Source of the DNA: Octopus vulgaris
Lineage: Eukaryota
Length of the DNA: 64,000 bases
Direction of reading: 5' to 3'
Assembly: GCA_951406725.2 (NCBI GenBank)
Contig: OX597818.1
Span: 46,810,001 to 46,874,000 of the forward strand
Shown one piece after another: positions 41,531 to 53,535 of the stretch. Every line of letters starts with the position of its first letter. The first letter of the stretch is position 1. The translations under genes and the position numbers were made by a program. Under the pieces are notes generated by a model. The model searched no databases and was not told where the DNA came from. It worked only from the letters and a program-made list of their open reading frames with translations.

Positions 41531-41759
41531 ATCAATATTTAAAACATTAGGCCAAAATTAGAAACCAATATTTAAAGCATTGGGTCTGGTTTGTCTTCTA
41601 AGTATTTTTTCATGCTTTTTCCATTTGTTCTGTTATATTTGTGTGTGTCACAAGAAATTAACATCACTAGATTCTTGATAAGTTCTGAGTTATCCAATGC
41701 ATCTCATTGCCATGGATACCACCTACACAGCGTACACACACAGGTACATTCATAAGTAG

Positions 41760-42260
41760 GCAGTCAAGTAGGTAAATAGGTAGGTAGGTAAGTATGTGAG
41801 ATTTTAGGTGGTTAGATTAGTTATATAGATTGTTAGTTACTTAGTTAATTATGTAGGTAGGTAGATAGGTGGGGAGAAAGGCAAATAAACAGGTAGGTAG
41901 GTAAGTAGATAGATAGGCAGATAGGGAGGTAGGTAGATAAGTAGGTAAATAGGTAGTACAGACAGGCATGCACATATACACACACACACACTACATGTAT
42001 GCACATACACACATGCATGCACAGGCACACACAGATATATGTAAGCATGCATACACAACAGGTGAACTTACACACAAACTCACATGTCCAGACACACACA
42101 TAGAAGCAGAAGTACACAATTACACACACATGCATACATACACAAATACACAAGCAAACACGTGCAGACACAGGTATACACACACAAAAGAATACATACA
42201 TGCATACATACATACATATGCAAGCACACTTGCATGCTGGCATGCACACACATGCACGCA
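41760..42260. repeat. Degenerate (TAGG)n followed by degenerate (CA)n
   Basis: Direct inspection. Confidence 0.85.
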
Positions 42261-42459
42261 ACAAGGTCTTGGACAAACAACTAATTAGTTTGTTGGATAT
42301 TTAACCAGTTGACTAATAATAAAGAAGTGGAATCGAACCAGTGTGTGTGTTAATAATGACATAATGAATTTCCCTACACACAATACGAATAAGGATAACT
42401 CAGATCACTAAGACCAAAAAACATTTACTCAATGCCATGAGAAGAGAACAGTATATAAC

Positions 42460-42673
42460 TCTCTTACTCTTTTACTTGTTTTAGTCATTTGACTGTGGCC
42501 ATGCTGGAGCACTGCCTTTAGTCAAGCAAATCGACCCCAGGACTTATTCTTTGTAAGCCTAGTATTTATTCTATCGGTCTCTTTTGCCAAACCGCTAAGT
42601 TACGGGGATGTAAACACACCAGCATCAGTTGTCAAGCAATGTTGGGGGGGGACAAACACAGACACACAAACAT

Positions 42674-42704
<31 letters not shown>

Positions 42705-42852
42705 CGACGGGCTTCTTTCAGTTTCTGTCTACCAAATCCACTCACAAGGCTGTAGTAGAAGACACTTACCCAAGGTGCTACGCAGAGGGACTGAACCCAG
42801 AACCATGTGATTGGTAAGCAAGCTACTTACCACACAGCCACTCCGGTGCCTA
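42460..42852 (-). mobile_element. Family A SINE, full length
   Basis: All family A blocks are present. Confidence 0.9.
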
Positions 42853-43430
42853 TAATTAAGAATTTCATAGTATTGGTGACCATCATTGACTTTTTCATTT
42901 TCTTCATCTTTTCCACAGCATCAAAATTTCTTACATTTATTTAGGAGTATAGTATTCACTGTTGACATTAATATGAAGTTATATGATCAGCAGAGGCTTT
43001 TGGCTGGCTTCATCTAATAGTTTGACTTAAAATTCTTGTCTACTCTGATCTTTGTAGCAACTATAAAGGTATTAAATTAACTTTTGACTTTGAAAGATTT
43101 CTCAAACTATAAATATCAAAGTGTAGCTCGAAGCTTTTTATTTTAAACTGTGTTTATGATAATAATTATTGCTGCCAAGTTCAATAAAGTTAGCACTTTC
43201 TGATCTGGTACTGCTGTTGGTAACAATAAGCCTTATTTTATGACAGAATTTATTTCTACAGAATCTTCAGAGACTGATTCAATTCAGGAATATGTATCAT
43301 CATCATCATCATCTTTATCATCATCATCATCATCATTATTTAACATCCATTTTCCATGCTGGTATGGGTTGGACAGTTTGACAGAATCTGGAGAATTGTA
43401 AGGCTGCATCAAGCTCCAGTGTCAACACTG

Positions 43431-43730
43431 TGGAGGCACATGGGCTAGTGGTTAGAGCAGCGGACTCGCAGTCAAGGGATCACGGGTTTGAATCTCAGAC
43501 CGGGCGATGTGTGTGATTATGAGTGAAACACCTAAGCTCCACGTGGCTCCGGCAGAAGGTAATGGTGAACTTCTGCTGACTCTTTCGTTACAACTTTCTC
43601 TCACTCTTTCCTCCTGCATCTTGCAGCTCACCTGCGACAGACCAGCCTCCCATCCAGGTGGGGAACCTATACACCAAGGAAACCGGGAAACCGGCCCTAA
43701 TGAGTCAGGCATGGCTTGAGAAGGAACAAA
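43431..43730 (+). mobile_element. Family D tRNA-derived SINE with V-domain-like tail and 14-bp TSD, inserted in a minus-strand RTE 3' end
   Basis: A box GGCTAGTGG, B box GGGTTTGAATC, CCTGCGACAGACCAGCCTCCCATCCAGG. TSD CAGTGTCAACACTG at 43417-43430 and 43731-43744. Confidence 0.9.
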
Positions 43731-44467
43731 CAGTGTCAACACTGCCATGGTTTTAATGGCTGGATGCTCGTCCTAATGCCAACCACTTTACAGGGCTTAC
43801 TGGGTGCTTTTCTCCATGCCATTGGTACTCGTGGGGTCACCAGGTGTTGGTCTGTATATATCTCTGTAACTTAGCTGTTCAGCAAAAGTGACCAATAAAA
43901 TAAGATCAAGACTCTAAAATGTAATTACAAGGGTCAATTTATTTGACAAAAAGGTCCTTCAATGCAATGCCCCAACAAGGCCACAGTCCAATGACTGACA
44001 CAAATAAAGATAAAAGATAGAATATAGTATTATTTCTTTAGAGTACCTACATGACTAGAGTCTTTGTGTTGAAATTAACACAGTTACAGTCTAGTAGAGA
44101 CATATTGTCCATTTAAAATACATATGTATCATTACATATATCTATTACTTGTACAATAGTTTATATTGATAAGTACCAAAGTCTTTTATTGTACGTGCAT
44201 AACTGGGTCAATCAGATCTCTTTCACTAGTAGCTCCTGTTCATTTCATATTAATATAAATGACACTTATTTTATAGACTCGTTAGAGCATCAGACAAAAT
44301 GTTTTGTGGTTTTCTTTTGCCTCTTTATGTTCTAAGTTAAAATACGATAAGGTTACTATTGCTTTTTACCCATTCAGGGTCATTATTAGGATCAATGATA
44401 TTGACTAACCCCCTTCACCTAAAGAAAATCAGGCCTTGTGCCTATATTACAAACAATTAGTTTTTAT

Positions 44468-45215
44468 CCAGGAAGACCTGGGATGAAGTGGTGAAGCATG
44501 ACCTTCAAATATTAGGCCTCACCAAGGCAATGACTAGTGACTGAGACTTTTGGAAATATGCTTTGCTTGAGAAGACCTGGCAAGCCAAGTCAGACCATAA
44601 TCTCATGGCCTATGCCAGGGGTGTCACTAGTCCACTTATGCGTACCTTTCCTTCATTGGACACTAAACTCTGCTTGCGAAGACCTGTTGAGGCAAGTGAA
44701 ATCAAAATCGATGACTGGCATCCGTGCTAGTGGAGCGCTAAGAGCACCATCCGAGCATGATTGTTGCCAGAACGGCTAACTGGCTTCTGTGCCAGTGGCA
44801 TGTAAAAAAACACCATTCGAGAATGATTGTTACCAGTATCACCTTACTGGCACTTGTGTTGGTGGCAGATGAAAAAACATTCAAGCGTGATCGTTTCCAG
44901 TGCCGCTGGACTGGCTCCTATGCAGGTGGCACGTAGAGAACACCATTTGAGCATGGCCGTTGCCAGTACTGCCTGACTGGCCCTTGTGCTGGTGGCACAT
45001 AAAAGCACCCACTACACTCTCAGAGTAGTTGGTGTTAGGAAGGGCATCCAGCTGTAGAAACCTTGCCAGATCAAAATTGGAGCATGGTGCAGCCATCTGG
45101 TTTGCCAGTCCTCAGTCAAATCGTCCAACCCATGCTAGCATGGAAAGCAGATGTTAAACGATGATGATGATGACGATGACAACGATGACAACGACGACGA
45201 GGACAATGATGATGA
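44468..45215 (+). mobile_element. RTE LINE 3' end: ORF C-terminus, hairpin-array 3' UTR and (GAT/GAC)n tail
   Basis: RKTWDEVVKHDLQILGLTKAMTSD*DFWKYALLEK is a typical RTE C-terminus and links the GGAAGGGCATCC repeat family to RTE LINEs. Confidence 0.9.
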
Positions 45216-45225
45216 TTATCTCATA

Positions 45226-46160
45226 TAAGGCAGCAAGTTGGCAGAATCATTAGTGGTATTTCACCCATTGCTACATTATGAGTTCAAATTCCACTGAGGT
45301 TGACTTTGCCTTTCATCCTTTCAGGGTCAATAAAATAAGTATCAGTTGAGTCCTGGGGTTGATGTAATCAACAAAATTTCAGGCCTTGTGTCTATAGTAG
45401 AAAGGATTATTGTTATTCATATATGCACAACAGATTAGACTGTTGGGGAAAAAAAGACCCGTCATGCTGAGTAAGATAATAGTCATAGGCCGATGCCAGT
45501 GTCGCATAACTGGTACATAAAAAGCACCCTTTGATTGTTAGGCGATATGCTATGCTTGAGAAGGCCTGTCAAGCTAAGTGAAATCATAGTCATGGCTGAT
45601 GCCGGTGTCATATAACTGGTATCTGTGCTGGTGGCATGTAAAAAGCACCATTTGAAAATTGGGCCTCATGGAGGCAGTGACAGGTGACTGAGACTTTTGG
45701 TGATATACCATGCTTTGAGATCAGAGTTGTGGCCAATACCAGTGTTACATAACTGGCATGTAAAAAGCACCCACTACACACTTGGAGTGGTTGGCATTAG
45801 GAAGGGCATCCAGCTGTAGAAACTATGCCAAATAAGATAGGAAACCTAGTGCAGCTCCCCAGCTTACCAGTTTTCAGTCAAAGCATCCAACCCATGCCAG
45901 CATGGAAAACGGACTTTAAATGATGATGATTTATAATTATTGTTAAGGCAGTTAGCTGGCAAAATCATTAGCATACCAGGCATTTTGTCCCTCTTTACGT
46001 TCTGAGTTCAAATTCCCTGAAGTTAACTTTGCCTTTCATCCTTTAGGGGGTTGTTAAATTAATAGCACCAGTTGAATACTGGGGTCGATATAATCAACTT
46101 AATCCCTGCTTTAGAACTGCTGGCTTTAAGTCAAAATTTGAAACTATTATTATTGTTATT
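45226..46160 (+). mobile_element. Stack: family B SINE (45226-45410), RTE 3' end (45460-45930), family B SINE (45945-46160)
   Basis: Recognisable heads, cores and tails for each; a short minus-strand Dong-like 3' tip lies at about 45417-45457. Confidence 0.8.
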
Positions 46161-46164
46161 ATTA

Positions 46165-46820
46165 TTTTTTTTTTTCCTCTTTCAAATTTGCTTCCATTTC
46201 TTGCTGAGTGTCTTCCCGACTCCTAGGGCAAAGAAACTCATAGTATACATTGGTAGGCCATTAAGCTAAACTCAATAGTTCGTTCATTTTTTTTTTTTTT
46301 AAGTTAAATTAAAATACATGGGTAATAATAGTTCTCACATCGACAATGCTCTTCTCAATACGTGTGATGTGCCAGTTAAGACAATCTTTTGCACTTCTTG
46401 CAGGGATGATAAGCCAGAAATCATTCTCATATAATTTTCGGTTCCCTTCTTGATCATTCCTAGTGCTCCTACGATCACTGGTATTGTAACCGCCTTGAGA
46501 TGCCACATTTTCTCAATTTCAATGAGTAAGTCTTTATATTTTCTGAGCTTGTCAAACTCTTTCGCCGAGATATTATGATCACAAGGGATGCTCATGTTGA
46601 TCAATAAGCAAACTTTATTGTTTTGGTCTTTTACAACAATATCTGGTTTATTGGCTTTGATGGTTCGGTCTGTATGTACTGGAAAGTCCCACAGAATTGT
46701 TACATTTTCTCCTTCAGTTACAGCTTCAGGGTGGTGATTATACCACTTGTCGGCAGTTTTAATATTGTAATGCCGACTTATTAGCCAGTGTAGATATTGG
46801 CCAACTCTGTCATGTCTTAA
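46165..46820 (-). mobile_element. Dong/R4-like RLE non-LTR retrotransposon, 5'-truncated, ORF still open
   Basis: RHDRVGQYLHW..ILWDFPVHTDRTIKANKPDIVVKD..CLLINMSIP..KLRKYKDL..PVIVGALG..LRRALSM*. 3' UTR ends in poly(A); both ends abut (TAA)n. Confidence 0.92.
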
Positions 46821-46838
46821 TTATTATTATTATTATTA

Positions 46839-46891
<53 letters not shown>
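46821..46891. repeat. (TTA)n microsatellite
   Basis: Direct inspection. Confidence 0.95.
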
Positions 46892-46893
<2 letters not shown>

Positions 46894-47253
46894 TATACAC
46901 TCAACAGATTAGACTATTGGAAAAGAAAAGAATCCTAATATTGGGTTACAACAAGTTGTCTTAGATGCCAAGAACCCTCCTATGTATCCTAGCTGGCCCT
47001 AAAAACACTGTTTTCTGTGGCTATACTAAACTGGGTTTTATGCCTATTTCTTCTATCCATCTGTTCAGATCTTTAGGGATTGTTCCCAATGCATCTATAA
47101 CTACTGGGATACATTTTACGCACACTTTCCATAGTCTCTATAATTCAATAGCTAGGTCATGGTACTTTGCTATTTTTTCTATACTTCTCATATTAATTTT
47201 TTCATCATTTGGGACTGTAAAGTCAATTATCTGGCACTTTCTATTGTCTTTAT

Positions 47254-47302
<49 letters not shown>

Positions 47303-47972
47303 CAAATCAGGCCTTCTAGCTTCTATTACTCTGTCAGTCTGAATGTTAAAATCCCACATCTTGTATTTCTTACTTTCTAGTCCTTTACTAGGTGCATGTT
47401 CATACCATTTATCAGTAGGTTCAAATCCTAGCTTTCTTCAAAGCTCCCAGTGGATTGCTCTCCCTAGATTGTCATGTCATGTCTTGTATTCTTTCAGTGC
47501 CAGTATGCTACATTCACTTATTATATGAGTTACTATTTCCTCTTTTGATTTGCATAATCTACTTTGGGAATCTACTTGGCTTTTGTCTATTTTGGCTTTT
47601 ATCCAATTAGTCCTTAATGCTTGATCTTGTGCAGCTACTAACTAACGTTGTCTCCCTCTTCGACTTTCCCTTCTGCAGCCATAACCATGTCTCACTACTA
47701 CTATTTGCTGAAGCTATCATTGGGAATCTACCATGCAACACCTTCTCCAGCCAGTCAGATAATTTCTGTTCTTTTTTTCTTGTCTTTAAGTTCATTTGGT
47801 GTTTTGGTTTCCTTATGTCTTTATGTGACTCTAGCAGCTTTTAATAAGCTTTCTTCACTATTACCTACATAGGAGTTTATATCTACTCTAGCTAACTCCA
47901 TGCAGTCTTCCACTGATATTAACCCTCTTCATCCTTCCTTTCTTGGAAGGTATAATCTTGCTACTTCTGCCC
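46892..47972 (-). mobile_element. Second Dong/R4-like family copy, decayed
   Basis: WLEKVLHGRF..ETWLWLQKG; MWDFNIQTDRVIEARRPDL(V)nDKDNRKCQIIDF..KIAKYHDLAIEL; stops and frameshifts. Confidence 0.9.
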
Positions 47973-47977
47973 CTGGG

Positions 47978-48220
47978 TGGAGTTCTCTATACATATTGAA
48001 TTCCTTTCTAGTTCTTTAGCCCTGATATCTGTAATCACTGATGGGTGTGCTTCTGGTCTACATCAGCTTGTTTACTGCAGGCCACATATTTGCCATGCAG
48101 ATGTTTTTGTTCCCACCTATCAGCCAATTGTTCAAATGCATTCTGCTTTGCTATTGATTTCACCTTCTTTGCAACTACAGTTGCTGCACTTCTATCATGC
48201 TGTTCAACCTGAGTATTACC
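47978..48220 (-). mobile_element. Third Dong/R4-like fragment
   Basis: KQNAFEQLADRWEQKHLHGKYVACSKQADVDQKHTHQ (W..K.LHG.Y motif). Confidence 0.75.
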
Positions 48221-48420
48221 CACTCTCAGCAAGGGAAAGTAGTGATGAAAAACAACAACATGGGACTCTGTCGAGGACCCATGATTGGAATGAGTACACG
48301 TACACTTCAAATTCATTAACAAGGATTGACTGGGGGGTAAGTCTGGTGCCAGCAGCCACAGTAATTCTTGCTCTAGTAGTGTATATTAAAATTACTATTA
48401 TAATTATTATTATTATCATT

Positions 48421-48890
48421 AGGCTGTGTGGTGGACCCATTTGAAAGGTTTGAAGACAAGCTTTTTCCTATCTGGTCAAGCTCTTATCAATTTCTTCAAA
48501 TATCATTTGAAGAGAAAAGTAAGAGTAGAGAGGGGGGTGCTGCCTTCAAGGATGTTTAATAAAAAGTGGACAAGAGTGACAATACTGAATGGATCTACTC
48601 TGAGTATGCTTTTCTTGGGGGTGGCAGAGTAATCCAGGTCTTATGCATGGGGTTTTGCCCGAATTACCCAAAGTAAACTGCCCTATACTTGGAGATTCTA
48701 TTCATTTATTAATTATTTATTTCCCTAACTTTTATTTATATATCCTTTGTTATATCCCTTAATATTGTAGTGTCTCCCTTTTATCAATGTAAACTCCACC
48801 TGTTTTTGTGTGTTTAGTGTGTTGTATCTCATCCACTAATATTGTCTTCCGTGTCTTGGGCCCTCGTAACCAATAAAAGAAATTAGTATT
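48421..48890 (+). mobile_element. Tx1/L1-like LINE 3' end
   Basis: AVWWTHLKGLK..LINFFKYHLKRKVRVER..MFNKKW C-terminus, then T-rich UTR with AATAAA, between TTA tracts. Confidence 0.6.
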
Positions 48891-48892
48891 AT

Positions 48893-49440
48893 TGAGTGAG
48901 AGAGCAGTGCATGCCATCAAAGTGACACTGGGGTACAAATATACAAAGCCCAATATACCCACCATGACTACCCGTCTGATAAGGGTACACCAGGTACATG
49001 CATCACAACCATATGTGCATGACATAATGATCTCATATCAAAATAAACAGCACATGACCTTGCATGTGGGGTCCAGTTAGAATTTTCTTCAGGCTGAGAA
49101 GCTCATCCTGCTTAAAAGGTCCCTGAATAAAGTTTATTTTAAAGATGATGAACAAAACACCCTTGTTTCCAGAGGTGAATTATTCAAACCCCAGAGAATT
49201 CCTCACAATACATGACTATGATACCCCTCCACTACTTCTGCTCCTGATCAGAGGTGCACATATTGTCAACCACTAGGGACATGGTCAACTGGTTAAGGTC
49301 AAACAACTGACTATGGTATTGAGCAGAATATTTGCTGTAGCCTATCTTTTATATCAAGACAAAACAATGTACATGATAACACTTCCAATCAGTTAAGACC
49401 AAAAGCCATGAGAGTCACTGCCTGGTACTGGCTCAGGGTT
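48893..49440 (-). mobile_element. Probable RLE-class non-LTR 3' end (different family)
   Basis: Decayed NSLGFE..LKKILTG-type C-terminus; the 3' end runs into a TAA tract. Clade uncertain. Confidence 0.45.
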
Positions 49441-49481
49441 GTATTTTTATTATTATAATTCTTGTTCTTCTTCTTATTATT

Positions 49482-49514
<33 letters not shown>

Positions 49515-49526
49515 ATTATTATTAAT

Positions 49527-49810
49527 TTCATATACGCATAACAGATTAAACTACTGGAAAAGAAAAATTTCTAACATTGGCAACAAGTAACCTTAGATGC
49601 CAAGGACCTTCCTAAGAACCCAAGCTGTCCCTAATAACACTGTTGTCTGAAACTGCATTAAAATAGGTTTTATGCCATTTCTTCTCTCCATTCATTCAAA
49701 TCTTTAGGGATAGTTCCTAATGCACCTATAACTATAGGGATACATTTTATCCGCTCTTTCCATAGCCCCTGTAATTCAATGGTTAGGTCTTGTTACTTTG
49801 CTATTTTCTC
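49527..49810 (-). mobile_element. Dong/R4-like 3' end, same family as 46892-47180
   Basis: Colinear similarity (TTCATATAC..AACAGATTA..TTAGATGCCAAG..CTTTAGGGAT), next to (TTG)/(TTA) repeats. Confidence 0.85.
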
Positions 49811-50315
49811 AAAAAAAAAAGGTACCAGGATGTTGCGACTATTGTTGTTATTGTTGTTGTTTTTTTAACATAAGGGAATAATGTATAACATTGTAACCAT
49901 TGTTTAAATGTTAACTTTCCATGTTTGCATGGAATGGATGGAGCTTATTGATGCAGATTTTCTACAGGTTGATGCCCTCCCAAGGATTTAACTCTGTTAT
50001 TAACTGTTGGTGTTCAGTTTCAACATCTACTGGTCAGTGTCAGTAGAAATAAAGTGGGTTGGAGAGGAATTCCAGAGAGACCCAGTTTAGAAGAGGACGG
50101 CTCATGAAAATGTGTTTAATGTAGTTATGAGATGTAACACACAGTAAGGATAAGAGCGGGTGAGACAGATCACATGAGTGGACTTTAGTACTAGTTGAAA
50201 AGAACAGGAACCAAAACCATATTAGTAATAAAACTGTGTTCTTGTGAGCTACTAGTTGAATCATACTCATGATTGAACATCTACCAATCATCTGAACAGC
50301 CTTCTTTTTGATTCA

Positions 50316-51670
50316 GTGCTGGATGTTATCCCAAGGTGTAACTGCACGTGTAGGCTAAGTCATGTTTCTGTGGAGGACATCATGCATGTGATTAGCAGCT
50401 GTCCTAAAATGTCATCATGGTACTACCTCCCTATGTGGCACAATGTCGCTAAAACAATTTACAATGCCATCTGCAAAAAAGACTATCCTGAAATAAACTT
50501 AGAAAACTCCTCTGTTATGGAATATATTCATAAACACCAACTCAAGGAATGCTAGTGGAATATTCCCATCAAAACTTCGGTCAAATGTAAAGACAACAGG
50601 TCAGATATTATTGTTTGGGACAGAGGGGCAAAGGTATGTGCCATCATAGAGGTCAGCTGCCCTGCATATATCAATCATCATCATTGTTTAACGTCCATTT
50701 TCCATGCTGGCATGGGTTGGACAGTTTGACTGAGGTCTGGAGAGCTAGCGGTTGCACCAGGCTCCAGTCTGACCTGGCCAAATTTCTACAGCTGAATGCC
50801 CTTTCTAACACCAACCACTCTGAGAGCGTAGTGGGAGCTTTTATTGTCTACCGGCACAGGATCCAGTCAGGCGATCCTGGCACTGATCACGTTCGGATAG
50901 TGCATTTTATGTTCCACTGGCACGGGAGCCAGTCAGATAGTGCTTTTTACATGCTTCCAGCACAGGAGTGAGTCAGGGAGTACTGGCATCAGCCATGTTC
51001 AGATGGTGCTTTTTACGTGCCACCAGCATGAGGACCAGTCAGGTGGTCCTGGTATCAATCACATTCAGATGGTGCTTTTTATGTGCCACTGGCATGGAAG
51101 CCAGTCAGGAGACACTCACAGCTACAATTTTGGTTTTACCTGACTCAACAGGTCTTCTCAAGTATATCATATCACCCGACACATCAGGGGTACTCTTAAA
51201 TAGGCCAGACATGCAACACTAGCATTGGCCATGGCTGCAATCTCTCTATAGGCACCGAGTCTTCTCAATCACAGTATATCTCCAAAGGTCTCGGTCTCCT
51301 GTCATTGCCTCTGTGAGGCTCAATGTTTGAAAATCAAAGAAAAAGAGGTCAAGTATGGACAACTGTTTCAAAACCTCCAGTTTCTATATCCAGACTATGA
51401 ATTCATATTCATACCAATAATAATTGGAGCACTAGGTTTTGTTAGTAAATACTTAAAGGAGAATCTGGATAAATTGGGATTTTCAGAAAGAGAAATCGAC
51501 CGGCTAATTCGTACATTACAAGTGCAATCTGTGAGTGGAACAGTAAAAATATGCAAGACTTTTCTCAAGTTCCAAATATGAATTTGTCTGTGTAAACTAC
51601 ATCCCAAAGATGGAGCCTTGTATCTTTGTTGAAAACCAGCTCCGTCCTCAGTGGAAGATTTATAATAATT
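50316..51670 (+). mobile_element. RLE retrotransposon C-terminus split by a minus-strand RTE 3' end (50676-51326)
   Basis: Zinc-knuckle-like CRLSHVSVEDIMHVISSC and NRSDIIVWD..IIEVSCP before the insert; KEKEVKYGQL..PIIIGALG..KICKTFLKF* after it. The insert carries LSLTEAMTGDRDLWRY and hairpin units. Confidence 0.9.
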
Positions 51671-51689
51671 AAAAAAATAGAAGAGGCAT

Positions 51690-51690
51690 G

Positions 51691-51770
<80 letters not shown>
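51690..51770. repeat. (CA)n microsatellite
   Basis: Direct inspection. Confidence 0.95.
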
Positions 51771-52514
51771 TACAGACATACAGACATACATATGCAGGTA
51801 GTGATCCACTGTGACCATTGCCTAACAGCAGCACTCCAGCATGGCCACAGCTGTCAGGCTGAACATGTAAACAAGTACAAATCAAGTATGTGTGAGTGTG
51901 TGAATAATACTGCTAAGTCCTTCCTTCTACACCTGTTCTGTTATATAACAATTTTGTAAACACAAATGATAAAACTGAATCACAATTGCCTATCTGCAAT
52001 GCTAAACTACCATAATTTCAGCAAACCATTCCACTCAAAGAAAACTTCCTTATCACCAGTAATTTCCTGTTTTCTCGTTATCTTTTTATGCTGTTTCATT
52101 GGATTTTGAAAACCAAGCTAGTAAAGCTGCTGCCTTCTAAATAATTTTTTTTTCTTATTTCTTGCTATCATCTCATAACAGCTTAAGAAACTCAGTACTC
52201 TAAATAACTTTAACAATGCCATTTTAAATGAAAAGGTATAAATTTTTTTTTAATAATTCATGTGACCTATATAATAAGAGAAGTCAGTTATTTATTTAAT
52301 TTTATATTGTAGTTGATGAATAATAGGTTACCGGTTATAAGTTTCCAGTGAGCCAATCACACAGTAGATTGCATTTCCATTGGCAAATGTGCAAGGAAGT
52401 GTCTGTAAATCAGTGCAGAGCAAATATTTCAATGGGCTTCATTTGAAGAACCTCAGATTTTAGTTGATATGTATGTATGTATGTATGTATTTATATATGT
52501 ATGAATGTATGTAT

Positions 52515-52727
52515 CATCATCATCATTGTTTAACATCCGCTTTCCATGCTAGCATTGGTTGGACGATTTGACTAAGGACTGGCGAACCAGATGGCTGCAC
52601 CAGGCTTCAATCTTGGTCTGGCAGAATTTCTACAGCTGGATGCCCTTCCTAATGCCAACCACTCCAAGAGTGTAGTGGGTGCTTTTACGTGCCACCGGCA
52701 TGAGGGCCAGTCAGGTGGTACTGGCAG
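52515..52727 (-). mobile_element. RTE 3' end inserted in (TATG)n
   Basis: (CAT)n tail and GGATGCCCTTCCTAATGCCAACC core. Confidence 0.85.
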
Positions 52728-52799
52728 TATGTATGTATGTATGTATGTATGTATGTATGTATGTATGTATGTATGTATGTATGTATGTATGAATGTATG

Positions 52800-53535
52800 T
52801 CATTATTCAGCTTATTTCAAGATTTCTTGCCAATAAAGAACTGATTTCTAACCTAGATCTAAGGCTTCTTCATTGGAATTTCAACATCAACAACTGGGTA
52901 TTTTTGTTTGTTTGTTAGTTTGTTTGTTTGTATGTATGTATGTATGTATGTATGTATGTATGTATGTATGTATGTATGTATGTATGTATGTATGTATGTA
53001 TGTATGTGCAGATTTATATATTTTATGTATGTATTCTCATGCATAAGTGGAGGCACGTGGCTTAATGGTTAGGGTGTCAGCATCATGAACATAAGATTGT
53101 GATTTCAATTCCTGGACCGGACGACACGTTGTGTTCTTGAGCAAAACCCTTCATTTCATGTTGCTCCAGTCCACTCAGCTGGCAAAAATGAGTAACGCTG
53201 CAATGAACTGGCTTCCCATCTGGCTGGGGAACACATACGCCATTGAAACTGGCGTGGTTTATTTTTTATTCTCATGCATATAGTTGCATATCTAGATGTG
53301 CTCATATATATATTTAAATGATAAACTTCTGGGAAGTTTTACAGATTTTTACAGTTCCAATGATGGATTGGATCTGTAATCTTCGAATTAGCTTTCTTCT
53401 TTCTGCTTTTGAAAAGCCTAATTTCTCTACGATTGGTATTTAGGCAGTGTGTTACATATCCAGGGCCTAATAATTACAGGTATAAACCTGAACTTGTAAT
53501 TTGGATAGAGTAACTGCAGATTTCTCAATAGTTCT
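52800..53535 (-). mobile_element. RLE retrotransposon 3' end related to the 51327-51581 family, with (TATG)n in its UTR
   Basis: LLRNLQLLYPNYKFRFIPVII..KLGFSKAERRKLIRRLQIQSIIGTVKICKT. Confidence 0.85.
53046..53266 (+). mobile_element. Family E tRNA-CORE SINE with 14-bp TSD
   Basis: GTGGAGGCACGTGGCTTAATGGTTAG head and CORE-like GTGTTCTTGAGCAAAAC. TSD TATTCTCATGCATA at 53032-53045 and 53267-53280. Confidence 0.9.

Noticed and set aside
41845-42288. Cys/His-rich ORFs (also 51395-51885 and 57606-57979)
   Set aside because: Translations of (CA)/(TG)/(TA) microsatellites.
43525-43582. HDV-like ribozyme in SINE D (AGC-TCCACGTG-GCT and ..GAACTTCTGCTG)
   Set aside because: P3/L3-like and J4/2-like words are present, but the would-be P2 5' strand lies downstream of P3 and I could not build P1, so the nested pseudoknot does not form.
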